Positions 8,262-17,853 of a stretch of DNA of 31,080 bases are shown piece by piece (the first letter of the stretch is position 1; every line of letters starts with the position of its first letter). The position numbers and the translations under genes were made by a program. The notes below the pieces were generated by a model that made no database searches, was not told where the DNA came from, and was given only the letters and a program-made list of their open reading frames with translations. This DNA comes from a virus (lineage: Duplodnaviria > Caudoviricetes). Location: positions 1-31,080 of IMG/VR virus record IMGVR_UViG_3300033512_000107, one strand, 5' to 3'.

Positions 8262-11200
8262 ATGGGTATATTTTTATCAGAGATACGACCATCAGCAAGA
8301 AAAACACTTGATTATAGACAGTTAAATAATATAAATTTAAGAACTAATTGGTTAAATAATAAAACTACATGGGTTAGAGCAACATCTCTTGTAGCCATAA
8401 ATAATGATATAGATATAAGATTAAAATATATTCTATATGGAGGAACAACTCAATCAAAAACTATACCTTCAGGATTTTCTGAATTATACGATTCAAATAA
8501 TAGACCATTACCTGGAATAACAAGTGTATCTATTACAAATAAAGGTAGTATGGGGTCTGTAAGAGAAGCTACAATAACTTATTCTGTTTGGAGTATAGAA
8601 CAATTAAATATAATTGAAAAGTTGTTTATGACACCAGGAATGAGTATATTATTGGAATGGGGTTGGAATGTTATGGCTGATGATGATAATAATCCTGTAT
8701 CAAGTAATTTATTCTCACTTGTACCACAATCTGATAGATGTATGACGAAAAAAATAATACAACAAATAGATAAATTCGGAGGTCATTTTGATGGATTACA
8801 AGGACAAATATCAAATTTCAGTTGGACATTAAATCAAAATGGTGGGTTTGATTGTACTACAACAATTGTTAGTATAGCAAGTATGTTTTTAGATATGAGT
8901 ATTCATTCAACTTCTAAACAATTGACTAAACCTGATGTAGAAAATACTCGTGTTGTAGAAAGTAATATAAAAGCAACATTACGAGCCATTACTGATAAAA
9001 TGAATAGTAATGATAAAAAACAACTTATTATCAATGATAAAATTATGGGAATGAGAATTGATATTGATATGAGTGGTTATGAGGAAGGAAATTTTAATGA
9101 AATTGATAAAAAGGAAGACCATCATTATTTTGTAACATGGGAATTTTTTGAGAAATATATTGTTAATGATAATTTATCTTTACAAATGAAAGGAAAAGAT
9201 GAATGTGAAGAAGAAGAAAATCCCATATCAAATTCACCATTATCAACAATATCAAATTCGTCCTTAAATCCAACTGTAATAAACAATAATACATTTGGTA
9301 GTACAAACAACACACAAAAAAATATAGTCCCTAAAATGGACAGTAATTCAACTTTATTATCATTTAATGGAATAGGAGATAGTGCTGACCCTTTAACATG
9401 TATTTTTCCACTAAAAGATGTATGGAGAACAACTAATTATACTGATAAAAAGTTTTTTTCTGTAACTCATACTTATTTACCAGATGAATTACAATTGGAA
9501 CTTATAAATCAACAATTTTTTAATTTAAAAGGTATTTTATTAAATTTAAGAACAATATTAAATATAATTAATGAAACAGAAACTCTAAATGAATTTATTA
9601 CAAACTTATTACAAAAAATATCAGATGCCGCAGGTAATTCATGGAATTTAGGTGTTATAATTGATGAATATTTTCCTGATATAATTAGAGTTGTAGATTA
9701 TAATATTGTTGAAAGTGATAAAGTTAATCCATTTTTATTTAAGGTATATAATATTAATAGTATAGTTAAAACATGTGATTTATCTACTAATGTGGACGAA
9801 CAAATTAAAGCTGAAATAATGTATGGTTCAAATGCAGAAGATTCATCAAAAAGCAATTCAAATACTATAACATCACAGTATAATTTTTATGGAGCAAATT
9901 TAACAAATTTAACTACCCAGAAATTAGTACCTCTTCCTGTAAATCCTAATACAAATATAAGTGATGATATTACAAATGAAACACTTGAAATTTGGGATGA
10001 ACAAACCTATAAAGATAAGTTACAAGAAATGAGACATAAAATATATTATAGTAATGACGGATATACTCCTGAAACAATTGAAAATTTAAAAGTTCTATTT
10101 AAAAAATGTATCGCTGATAATTTTGGTCGAAATAATAAAATAAATGAAAGTAGTTTTTTGGCTGGTAACGTTATATCAACTGTTAATAAATATAGTGTAA
10201 ATAATGAACAAACCCCTAATAATAGAAAATTTCAATTTTTACCTCTTAAATTATCTTTAAAAATAGATGGAATTGCAGGATTACATTTTGGTAATGTTAT
10301 AAACATTGATTATTTACCAGAACGATATAAAAATAAAGTTGTATTTCAAATAACAAATATATCACATGATATAGGAACAAGTGGATGGGAAACATCAATT
10401 GAAACAATTATGAGAATAAATACAGGTGATATTGAAACAGGTGATTATGATTCTCCTTCATTTAGTAATGTTAATACAAATAAAACAACTAATGAATTAT
10501 CAAATACAAATCAAATACAAGAACCAGAAAATGTTACTGTGGATGAACAAAAAACTAATTCCAATATAGTTTGGATATTGGATGCTGGACATGGATATAA
10601 TAGTAAACCAGATTATAAACGTTATCCACCAGATAATGTAAATGATAAAAGTGGTGTACCACAATTATTAGAATATAAATTTAATAGACAAGTTGTTGAT
10701 AAAATAGTTAAATTAGCGGATGAAAATAATATAAATACAATTAAGATAATAAACACTGATGTTGATATAAAAATTGATAATAGAGTTAAAATAATTAATT
10801 CAATAGTACAAAATGATAAAACAAAAAAATATATATTATTATCAATTCATTCAAATGCTCAAGTAATTAGTACAGTTGGGCAACAAGGAACAGCAAGTGG
10901 TGTTATGATAATAGTATCAAGTGAAAAATATATTAAAAATGATGTTCCTACACAAAAATTATTTTATAAAGAAAGTAAATTATTGGCTCCATACTTTTTT
11001 AATCAATTAAATGATATGTGGATAAAATCTGTTAAACTTGCAACAGTTGATAAAAGTTTACAAATATGTGAAAGAGGTAAAATATCAGTTGAACCAGTTA
11101 CAGATAAAAAAAGAGAGGAAGATTTGAAAAAAAGATTACCAATAGTAAATCAAACAAATTGTATAGCTTTTTTAACTGAAACAGGATTTTATACTTCACC

Positions 11201-11312
11201 AGATGATAGAAAATTTATGTTAAGTGAAGAAGGACAACAATTAATAGCTCAAAGCCATATAAATGCAATGATTGAAATTGAACAATATATACTTACTAAT
11301 AATAGTGCATAA
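8262..11312 (+). CDS. putative baseplate hub/tail-associated protein with C-terminal N-acetylmuramoyl-L-alanine amidase (Amidase_3)
   Basis: The C-terminal ~250 aa has ILDAGHG, LEYKFN, LSIHSNA and LTETGF zinc-amidase motifs. The N-terminal PGITSV..REATI..PGMSILLEWGW and FQITNISHDI..WETSI resemble hub-like structural proteins (less certain). Confidence 0.75.
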   Translation: MGIFLSEIRPSARKTLDYRQLNNINLRTNWLNNKTTWVRATSLVAINNDIDIRLKYILYGGTTQSKTIPSGFSELYDSNNRPLPGITSVSITNKGSMGSVREATITYSVWSIEQLNIIEKLFMTPGMSILLEWGWNVMADDDNNPVSSNLFSLVPQSDRCMTKKIIQQIDKFGGHFDGLQGQISNFSWTLNQNGGFDCTTTIVSIASMFLDMSIHSTSKQLTKPDVENTRVVESNIKATLRAITDKMNSNDKKQLIINDKIMGMRIDIDMSGYEEGNFNEIDKKEDHHYFVTWEFFEKYIVNDNLSLQMKGKDECEEEENPISNSPLSTISNSSLNPTVINNNTFGSTNNTQKNIVPKMDSNSTLLSFNGIGDSADPLTCIFPLKDVWRTTNYTDKKFFSVTHTYLPDELQLELINQQFFNLKGILLNLRTILNIINETETLNEFITNLLQKISDAAGNSWNLGVIIDEYFPDIIRVVDYNIVESDKVNPFLFKVYNINSIVKTCDLSTNVDEQIKAEIMYGSNAEDSSKSNSNTITSQYNFYGANLTNLTTQKLVPLPVNPNTNISDDITNETLEIWDEQTYKDKLQEMRHKIYYSNDGYTPETIENLKVLFKKCIADNFGRNNKINESSFLAGNVISTVNKYSVNNEQTPNNRKFQFLPLKLSLKIDGIAGLHFGNVINIDYLPERYKNKVVFQITNISHDIGTSGWETSIETIMRINTGDIETGDYDSPSFSNVNTNKTTNELSNTNQIQEPENVTVDEQKTNSNIVWILDAGHGYNSKPDYKRYPPDNVNDKSGVPQLLEYKFNRQVVDKIVKLADENNINTIKIINTDVDIKIDNRVKIINSIVQNDKTKKYILLSIHSNAQVISTVGQQGTASGVMIIVSSEKYIKNDVPTQKLFYKESKLLAPYFFNQLNDMWIKSVKLATVDKSLQICERGKISVEPVTDKKREEDLKKRLPIVNQTNCIAFLTETGFYTSPDDRKFMLSEEGQQLIAQSHINAMIEIEQYILTNNSA

Positions 11313-11453
11313 TAACGCTATTAATTGTCAATTAATTATTATTTAAATAATTTAAATTATTAATAAATAATTTTTATTAAATTAAATAAAATAAAATTAA
11401 TTAAATAGAAATTAATACTATTAATACAAAAATTACAAAAAAATTATAAAAAA

Positions 11454-12017
11454 ATGAAATATAATCCTATAGATATAAATAAAAAAACATTTTATACAAA
11501 AGGAAAGGAATACATGTCATTTGATGGAGTTGAGTACATAGGATATTATTATAGTAAAAATAATATATTGTTTACAGATAACGATGATAAATTATATAAA
11601 TATAATAATAATAGTAACTTTATTGATTATTTGAATTTATCTGGTACATTTATATATGATAAATTTACAGACCCATATAATTATATTCCAGTTCCAAATG
11701 AAACTGATTATGATAATACTTATTTTGAACGTTATTTTATAAAAAAACGAAATGATATAAAAAGTAGTGTTATCGAAATTGATAAAAAACAATTTGATAC
11801 ATTAACTGATAATAATAATAAAGGTATTGATAACTATTTGTATTATGGAATTAAATTTAATTGGGTTATTAAAGGATATATGTATGATACAATTATTAAT
11901 AATATTAAATATAGTGGAGTATATGATACAAATAAAAGAACAGTTCAATTAAATAATTTAAATATGTATGGATTAAATAATATACTAACTGATTATTTAC
12001 AATATTATAGAACATGA
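11454..12017 (+). CDS. conserved phage hypothetical protein
   Basis: 187 aa, YTKGKEY..EYIGYY and PNETDYDNTYFERYFIKKRN. Confidence 0.8.
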   Translation: MKYNPIDINKKTFYTKGKEYMSFDGVEYIGYYYSKNNILFTDNDDKLYKYNNNSNFIDYLNLSGTFIYDKFTDPYNYIPVPNETDYDNTYFERYFIKKRNDIKSSVIEIDKKQFDTLTDNNNKGIDNYLYYGIKFNWVIKGYMYDTIINNIKYSGVYDTNKRTVQLNNLNMYGLNNILTDYLQYYRT

Positions 12018-12025
12018 AATATTTA

Positions 12026-12063
12026 CCAGCTAAAGCTGGATAAAAATCGTTTGCACGATTTTT
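12026..12063 (+). terminator. tandem hairpins / intrinsic terminator
   Basis: CCAGC-TAAA-GCTGG (12026-12039), then AAAAATCGT-TTGC-ACGATTTTT (12042-12063). Confidence 0.65.
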
Positions 12064-12093
12064 ATTTATGTTTATTTTAAATTAAAAAATATA

Positions 12094-13323
12094 ATGAAAA
12101 TTCTTATTTTAATTAAAGAATACAGTAATAAGCATGTTTTACATTGTAAAAATAATAGATATATTTTTATTGATAATGATTGTATAACAATATATTCAAT
12201 ATTTGATATATCATTATTAAATACTGATGAATTTATTTATACTAATAATAAAAAAGAATTATTACTATCTTTAAATTTAGAAAAAGAAAATAATATTATA
12301 GATTTATCAATATTTACATATATAAAAACAAAAAAAGAAAATACATATTTTACTCAATTATATGATAAATTTAATAATTTCTATAACAATAAATTGTATT
12401 TAATACCTGATATTAAATTAATTGAACTAATAGATATTATATCAATTAAACAGGATATACCTAATATTGAGATAAATAATTTTATTAATAATACTGTTGT
12501 TGAAACTATAATTAAAATTGAAAAAGGTAATATTGTAATAAATAATGAACTATTAGAAAAATATAAAAATAATACTTATAATTATCTGATTGAAAATAAT
12601 ATTCCAAATATAATATCAAATTATACTTTATTAACTAAAACATTAAGACCTACTAATAATATTTATAGTTTTAATTTTATGAGTTTAAATAAAAGTAATA
12701 ATGAAAGAGAATTAATAACATCTCAATATAAAAATGGAATACTAATAGAAATAGATTTTAATGCTTATCATTTAAATATTTTATCAAAATTATTAAATGT
12801 TGATTTACCTAAACCATATAATAATTGGCATGAATATTTAGGTAAAGAATATTATTTTAAAACTGATAATTTAACTGAAGAACAATATAAAGAAACAAAA
12901 ATTAAAAATTTTAGATATTTATATAGTCTTGATAGAAATACAAATATAGATTTTTTTATAAAAGTAAATAAGTTTGCAATTGATTTGTTTAATAACTATA
13001 AAGGATATATAACAAGTCCAATACATAAAATTAAAAATTATATATCAGATGAAAATATTAGTGATAATAAACTTTTTAATTATTTTATCCAATTACTTGA
13101 AACTGAAATATCATTTATAATTATGAATAAAATATTCAATATTTTAAATAATGATAACGATATTAAACTTATTATGTATAATTATGATTCCTTACTTTTT
13201 GATATAAATATAGAAAATGAAAACAATTTAATTAAATTTAAAAAAATAATTAATTATTTAAATAAAAATAACTTTTCTTTTAAGAAACATCTTTACAAAC
13301 AAAATTATTCACAAAAAATATAA
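12094..13323 (+). CDS. short, divergent family A DNA polymerase-like protein
   Basis: TKTLRPTN (TxTGRxS-like), motif A IEIDFNAYHL, motif B KETKIKNFRYLY, NYFIQ, motif C MYNYDSLLFD. Only 409 aa; no recognisable exonuclease motifs. Confidence 0.75.
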   Translation: MKILILIKEYSNKHVLHCKNNRYIFIDNDCITIYSIFDISLLNTDEFIYTNNKKELLLSLNLEKENNIIDLSIFTYIKTKKENTYFTQLYDKFNNFYNNKLYLIPDIKLIELIDIISIKQDIPNIEINNFINNTVVETIIKIEKGNIVINNELLEKYKNNTYNYLIENNIPNIISNYTLLTKTLRPTNNIYSFNFMSLNKSNNERELITSQYKNGILIEIDFNAYHLNILSKLLNVDLPKPYNNWHEYLGKEYYFKTDNLTEEQYKETKIKNFRYLYSLDRNTNIDFFIKVNKFAIDLFNNYKGYITSPIHKIKNYISDENISDNKLFNYFIQLLETEISFIIMNKIFNILNNDNDIKLIMYNYDSLLFDINIENENNLIKFKKIINYLNKNNFSFKKHLYKQNYSQKI

Positions 13324-13375
13324 ATAACTTTTTATATTTTATTTTATATAATATATACTAATAAACAAATTAAAC

Positions 13376-13804
13376 ATGAATAAAGAAGTTAAAATTTTAT
13401 GTGTATTTACAGATAATACAAATATGATTAATCATTTAAATTCAATGATTTCGTTATATAAACAGGACATCAATTCAGATATTTTTCTTTATTGTGATAA
13501 AACAGATAATAATAGATTATTTTTAACTGTAACAATAGAAAATAATACAAAAAATAAACTTATTAATAATTCTATTCTATTACATAGAAAAAAGATTACA
13601 AATACTCTTTTTACTGTTAATGCTCTTAATGAAGTTATTAAAATTGAAAATAATGGAATTACAGATGATAAATATGAAGTTGATTGGAATAAATATAAAA
13701 ATCAAATATTATTATCAAATGAAATAGGTCTAATTAAAACACATATTCAATTCATTGGAAAATTAAACTTAACAAATATAAAACAAATTAACCCAATTTC
13801 TTAA
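13376..13804 (+). CDS. conserved phage hypothetical protein
   Basis: LHRKKITNTLFTVNALN..VDWNKYKN motif; lies between the polymerase-like gene and SSB. Confidence 0.8.
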   Translation: MNKEVKILCVFTDNTNMINHLNSMISLYKQDINSDIFLYCDKTDNNRLFLTVTIENNTKNKLINNSILLHRKKITNTLFTVNALNEVIKIENNGITDDKYEVDWNKYKNQILLSNEIGLIKTHIQFIGKLNLTNIKQINPIS

Positions 13805-13825
13805 CCTAATTAAAATTTAAAACAA

Positions 13826-14644
13826 ATGGACATTAATTTATTAAAACAAAAATTTGAAAAATTAAACAAAAGTGGTAACTCAGCAACATTTGATAATATC
13901 ATGGCTGATATTCCTTATGGAACAACAACTGTTAGATTAGTACCAAACAAATTTAAAAAAGACATTCCTTTTATTGAACAATATACTTATTATTTAAATA
14001 AACAGTCTATTATAAGTAATTTAACTTTTGGAAAAGAAGACCCAATTTCTATTTTTAGAAAAAAATTATATGAAACAAAAGATAAAAATGATGCCGAATT
14101 AGCAAAATCTTTAAAAGCTACAAAACGAATTTTAGCTCCTGTTATTTTTAGAGATAAACAAGTTACAGGCGAAACAAAAGTATTTTATTGGAGTTTTAGT
14201 GAAACAGTTTATAAAGATTTATTAAATTATATTCTTGACCCTGAATACGGAGATATTACAGATGTACGCAAAGGTACTGATGTAATTATAGAAAAAATGA
14301 CGCCAGCTCAAGCAGGTAATAGTTTTGGTAAAACTACAATTAGATTGGCTCGTAAAGAATCAGCATTATCAGAATCACAAGAAGAAATTGATAGAATTGT
14401 AAACAGTTTTACAAATGTAGAAGAATCAGGTTTATTTAAACCACAACCAGACGAAAAATATAATGAAATTTTGAAAAAATATTTGGATTTTAAAGAATTA
14501 AATCCTGTATCATTAGTAAACGAAACAATCAATAAACAATTACCTAATACAAGTCCAACAACTACTTTAAATAAAGAAACTAATACAGCAGAAAACGATG
14601 CTTTACTTTCAAAATTTAAAGGTTTACTTGACGATGAAAGCTAA
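13826..14644 (+). CDS. single-stranded DNA-binding protein (T4 gp32-like)
   Basis: TVRLVP, FGKEDPI, DPEYGDITDVRKGTD, acidic C-terminus (LLDDES); immediately upstream of uvsX. Confidence 0.8.
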   Translation: MDINLLKQKFEKLNKSGNSATFDNIMADIPYGTTTVRLVPNKFKKDIPFIEQYTYYLNKQSIISNLTFGKEDPISIFRKKLYETKDKNDAELAKSLKATKRILAPVIFRDKQVTGETKVFYWSFSETVYKDLLNYILDPEYGDITDVRKGTDVIIEKMTPAQAGNSFGKTTIRLARKESALSESQEEIDRIVNSFTNVEESGLFKPQPDEKYNEILKKYLDFKELNPVSLVNETINKQLPNTSPTTTLNKETNTAENDALLSKFKGLLDDES

Positions 14645-14663
14645 AAACAATTTATAAAAAAAG

Positions 14664-14697
14664 AAAGGTTATATTAATTTTATATATAACCTTTTTT
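14664..14697 (+). terminator. intrinsic terminator after SSB
   Basis: AAAGGTTATAT / ATATAACCTTT stem followed by a T-run. Confidence 0.65.
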
Positions 14698-14724
14698 ATA
14701 TTAAATACATAAAAAAATAATTAA

Positions 14725-15450
14725 ATGGCAAAAAAAAATACTTTTACACCTATCGAAGTAGAAAATGATTTAGAAGCATTAAAAGATACAGTTAATAAAA
14801 TTTATAAAAATGAAACAATAGCATATTTTTTAGGAGAAGATGATAGTCCTTCTGATATTAAAGAATTTATATCTACTGGAAATGATATACTTGATTTAAT
14901 TATATCAAATAGAAAAAATGGAGGAATACCAATTGGACGTATTGTGGAATTTACTGGACTTGAAGCGAGTGGTAAGTCTTTGTTAGCCAGTACATTACTA
15001 AAAAGTACACAGGAAAAAGGAGGAATAGGAATATATATAGATACAGAAAATGCTGTAAACGAAGAATTTTTATATGCAATAGGTGTTGATACAAAAAAAT
15101 TACTTTATATTCAATTAAGTGTATTAGAAGAAATATTTGAAACAATTGAAAAATTAATAGGTGAGATTAAAAAGAATTATCCAGGAAAACTAATTACAAT
15201 TGTAGTTGATAGTGTTGCAGGTGCGACAACAATACAAGAAAAAGAATCTGAATATAATAAAGATGGATGGGCTACTTCTAAAGCAATTATTCTTAGTAAA
15301 GCAATGAGAAAAATTACTAATATGATTGGTAAAGAACGTGTGTTACTGATATTTACAAATCAGCTACGAGTAAAATTAGGGGTAAGTTTTGGTGACGCTT
15401 ATTGTGTAGACCCGTTTACCACTATGATTGACATAGAATATGATGTATAA
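14725..15450 (+). CDS. uvsX: UvsX/RecA recombinase N-terminal part plus 15-aa N-intein
   Basis: ISTG..LD, GGIPIGRIVEFTGLEASGKS (Walker A), YIDTENA, IVVDSVA (Walker B), FTNQLRVKLGVSFGDAY, then CVDPFTTMIDIEYDV*. Confidence 0.93.
   Translation: MAKKNTFTPIEVENDLEALKDTVNKIYKNETIAYFLGEDDSPSDIKEFISTGNDILDLIISNRKNGGIPIGRIVEFTGLEASGKSLLASTLLKSTQEKGGIGIYIDTENAVNEEFLYAIGVDTKKLLYIQLSVLEEIFETIEKLIGEIKKNYPGKLITIVVDSVAGATTIQEKESEYNKDGWATSKAIILSKAMRKITNMIGKERVLLIFTNQLRVKLGVSFGDAYCVDPFTTMIDIEYDV
15403..15447 (+). mobile_element. split intein N-fragment (15 aa)
   Basis: CVDPFTTMIDIEYDV starts with Cys exactly where RecA homology stops; block A-like. Confidence 0.85.
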
Positions 15451-15493
15451 ATATTTTTAAAGTTTAATATTTAGTATTTATAATAAACAACAA

Positions 15494-16573
15494 GTGGTGG
15501 ATATAGATACTAATTTAATTAATAAATATTTTGATATTATATTGAAATATGATAAAAATAATAATCCTATTATAAATATAACATTTAAACGGGAATATAA
15601 GAGTAATAAACCTTACTTGTTATCTGAAAAAGGATACCCAATAACAAGTTCAAATATAGAATATTTTTATTATTATATTGTGGATGTTGAATTATCTGTT
15701 AAAATATATAATGAAAGAAAAAAATTATTTCCAGTAACAAATAAGATTACATGGTATATTAATAATTTTATTATTTCTGATAATGATAAACATAATTTAT
15801 TATTATATTATAAATCTATAACAAATAAAATTTCAAATTCGTTATTAAATCATTATTCATCAGAAGAAGGTATTAAAACAAAAAAGAAATTAGTGGAAAG
15901 AAATATTAAATATTCTAAACAAACAGGAGAACATAATTCTAAATTATGGAAAAATGAAGATTGGAAAAATAAAGTGATGAATGATAGATTTAATAGTAAA
16001 ATGTATGAAAAAATTGGAAAGTGTTTACAGGATAAATGGATTAAGGATATAGAATTTAGAAATAACATGACATTAATAATGAACGATAAAAATAGAACTT
16101 CTAAAATAAGAGAAACAAGTAAAAAAATGTGGAATGATTTTAGAAATAATAAAAATTCAATTAAAATTAATAATATGTTATATTCATCGACTCATAAAAA
16201 TTATAAAAATAAAGGTATATCAATGAATAAACTTGAATATGAATTTAGTTTAATATTAGATGAATTATTATTAAATTGGCAATATGAAAAATTATTTACC
16301 ATTAATAATAAATTATATAGACCTGATTTTTTTATAAATGATAATATTATTATAGAATGTTATGGAGATTATTGGCATGCAAATCCACTAAAATATAATA
16401 AACACGATAATATTTTTAGAAATGTTACATCAGAAGAAATATGGAAAAAGGATAATGAACGCAAATATAACTTTGAACAGAATAATTACAAATTTATATT
16501 TTTTTATGAAACGGATATATATAAAAATAAAATGGAAATAACAAATCAATTAAAAAAATTTTTACATGATTAA
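15494..16573 (+). CDS. free-standing putative homing endonuclease (Vsr/DUF559-like PD-(D/E)xK C-terminal domain)
   Basis: GTG start. C-terminal MNKLE..YEKLF..YRPDFFI..IIECYGDYWH..D..RK motif; basic W/K-rich helical middle; sits between the intein halves. Confidence 0.85.
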   Translation: MVDIDTNLINKYFDIILKYDKNNNPIINITFKREYKSNKPYLLSEKGYPITSSNIEYFYYYIVDVELSVKIYNERKKLFPVTNKITWYINNFIISDNDKHNLLLYYKSITNKISNSLLNHYSSEEGIKTKKKLVERNIKYSKQTGEHNSKLWKNEDWKNKVMNDRFNSKMYEKIGKCLQDKWIKDIEFRNNMTLIMNDKNRTSKIRETSKKMWNDFRNNKNSIKINNMLYSSTHKNYKNKGISMNKLEYEFSLILDELLLNWQYEKLFTINNKLYRPDFFINDNIIIECYGDYWHANPLKYNKHDNIFRNVTSEEIWKKDNERKYNFEQNNYKFIFFYETDIYKNKMEITNQLKKFLHD

Positions 16574-16940
16574 ACATACAATTAAGCAGTGTATTTCACT
16601 ATATGATTTTGCACAAAAATTTATTAATTTAAATGATATGCAAACAGAATCAATAACTGATATTAGTGATTTAAATATACGTATTAAAACATTAGATAAA
16701 AATGGAAATAATATATATGTACCTATAAAATCATTTGTTGTAAAATCAAAGGTACAGTCATATTATACAGATGGAATACTAAAGTGTTCATCTAATCATA
16801 TTATTGTTGAAGATAATAATGAAATTAAAGCAAAAAATCATCCTGATTTTAAATTAGTAAATGATTCTTTATATATAGTGGATATAGAAGTAGATAGTGA
16901 AGAACATACATATTTAGCAAACGGAAGATTAAATCATAAC
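16566..16940 (+). mobile_element. split intein C-fragment
   Basis: Ends His-Asn (codons to 16940), followed by Thr+1. Confidence 0.88.
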
Positions 16941-17408
16941 ACAACCAGCGGTGGCAAGGCAATAGGATTTCATAGTTCAGTACGTTTAAGATTACAACAA
17001 TTAGGACAATTAAAAACTCCAGATAAAGATGTTGTAGGTATAGAAACAAAAGCAACAGTAGTAAAAAATAGAATAGGTCCTCCTTTAAGAAGTTGTACAT
17101 TTAATATTATATTTAGTAAAGGAATTGATAAATATAGTGGATGGTATGATGTACTTAAAAATAATGATATAATTACAGTTGCAGGTGCTTGGAGTAAATT
17201 AGAAATAGTTGATAAAGAAACAGGAGAAATTAAAGAATATAAATTTTATCAAAAAGATTTTATTGATTTAATTCTTAATAAAGAACCTCAGTTAAAAGAT
17301 ATATGTTATAGTCTAATTGCAGATAAATTGATTTTAAAATATGATAGAGAATTAAATCAATTGGATGAAACTTCTTTAATTAAAGAAGAAACAGTATATA
17401 ATGAATAA
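16566..17408 (+). CDS. uvsX: C-intein (125 aa) plus UvsX/RecA C-terminal part
   Basis: KCSSNHII (block B), IVDIEV (block F), YLANGRLNHN|TTSGGKAIGFHSSVRL, VKNRIGPP, GID, AGAW. Confidence 0.93.
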   Translation: MIKHTIKQCISLYDFAQKFINLNDMQTESITDISDLNIRIKTLDKNGNNIYVPIKSFVVKSKVQSYYTDGILKCSSNHIIVEDNNEIKAKNHPDFKLVNDSLYIVDIEVDSEEHTYLANGRLNHNTTSGGKAIGFHSSVRLRLQQLGQLKTPDKDVVGIETKATVVKNRIGPPLRSCTFNIIFSKGIDKYSGWYDVLKNNDIITVAGAWSKLEIVDKETGEIKEYKFYQKDFIDLILNKEPQLKDICYSLIADKLILKYDRELNQLDETSLIKEETVYNE

Positions 17409-17409
17409 A

Positions 17410-17447
17410 AAAATAAAACCTACTTAATTTAAAGTAGGTTTTATTTT
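17410..17447. terminator. bidirectional terminator (repeat copy A)
   Basis: AAAATAAAACCTACTT / AAGTAGGTTTTATTTT inverted repeat between convergent genes. Confidence 0.85.
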
Positions 17448-17454
17448 GTTTTAT

Positions 17455-17763
17455 TTACTGTTCAAAAACAGCACAAAGACCAGATGATTCTATTTCATAT
17501 ATTGAATATTCATCTCTAAAATGATACGTATTTTTTATTTTAATTTCATATTCATTATAATATATCAATAAATATTCATCATATTCTTGAATACCATCAG
17601 AACACTGATTGTATACCATTTTCTTATTTTTGTATTTTTGTTCCGCTTCTGCTTGTCTTTCTTTTTTTAACTCATTTTGAATTAAATTTAATTCAGTTTT
17701 ATACTCATTAATTTTTAATTCCAACTCATTGATTTTTTGTTTTAGTTCCAATTCTTTATTCAT
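17455..17763 (-). CDS. hypothetical protein with N-terminal coiled coil (cassette gene)
   Basis: 102-aa ORF between promoter copy 3 and terminator A. Confidence 0.78.
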   Translation of the reverse strand: MNKELELKQKINELELKINEYKTELNLIQNELKKERQAEAEQKYKNKKMVYNQCSDGIQEYDEYLLIYYNEYEIKIKNTYHFRDEYSIYEIESSGLCAVFEQ

Positions 17764-17794
17764 TGTTTTAATTTTTAATTGTTAATAATTATAG

Positions 17795-17853
17795 TACAAA
17801 GATAAACTATTTATTTCTAAAATACAAATATTATTATGTTAATAAATGTTAAA
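17795..17853 (-). promoter_or_regulatory. repeated promoter, copy 3
   Basis: Plus strand TACAAAGATAAACTATTTATTTCTAAAATACAAAT..TGTTAATAAATGTTAAA. Confidence 0.88.

Noticed and set aside
15451-16565. Contiguous intein broken by sequencing frameshifts
   Set aside because: There is a clean TAA after the 15-aa fragment, a 43-nt spacer with its own motif and start, and a separate overlapping ATG for the C-fragment. This matches a genuine fractured-gene layout.
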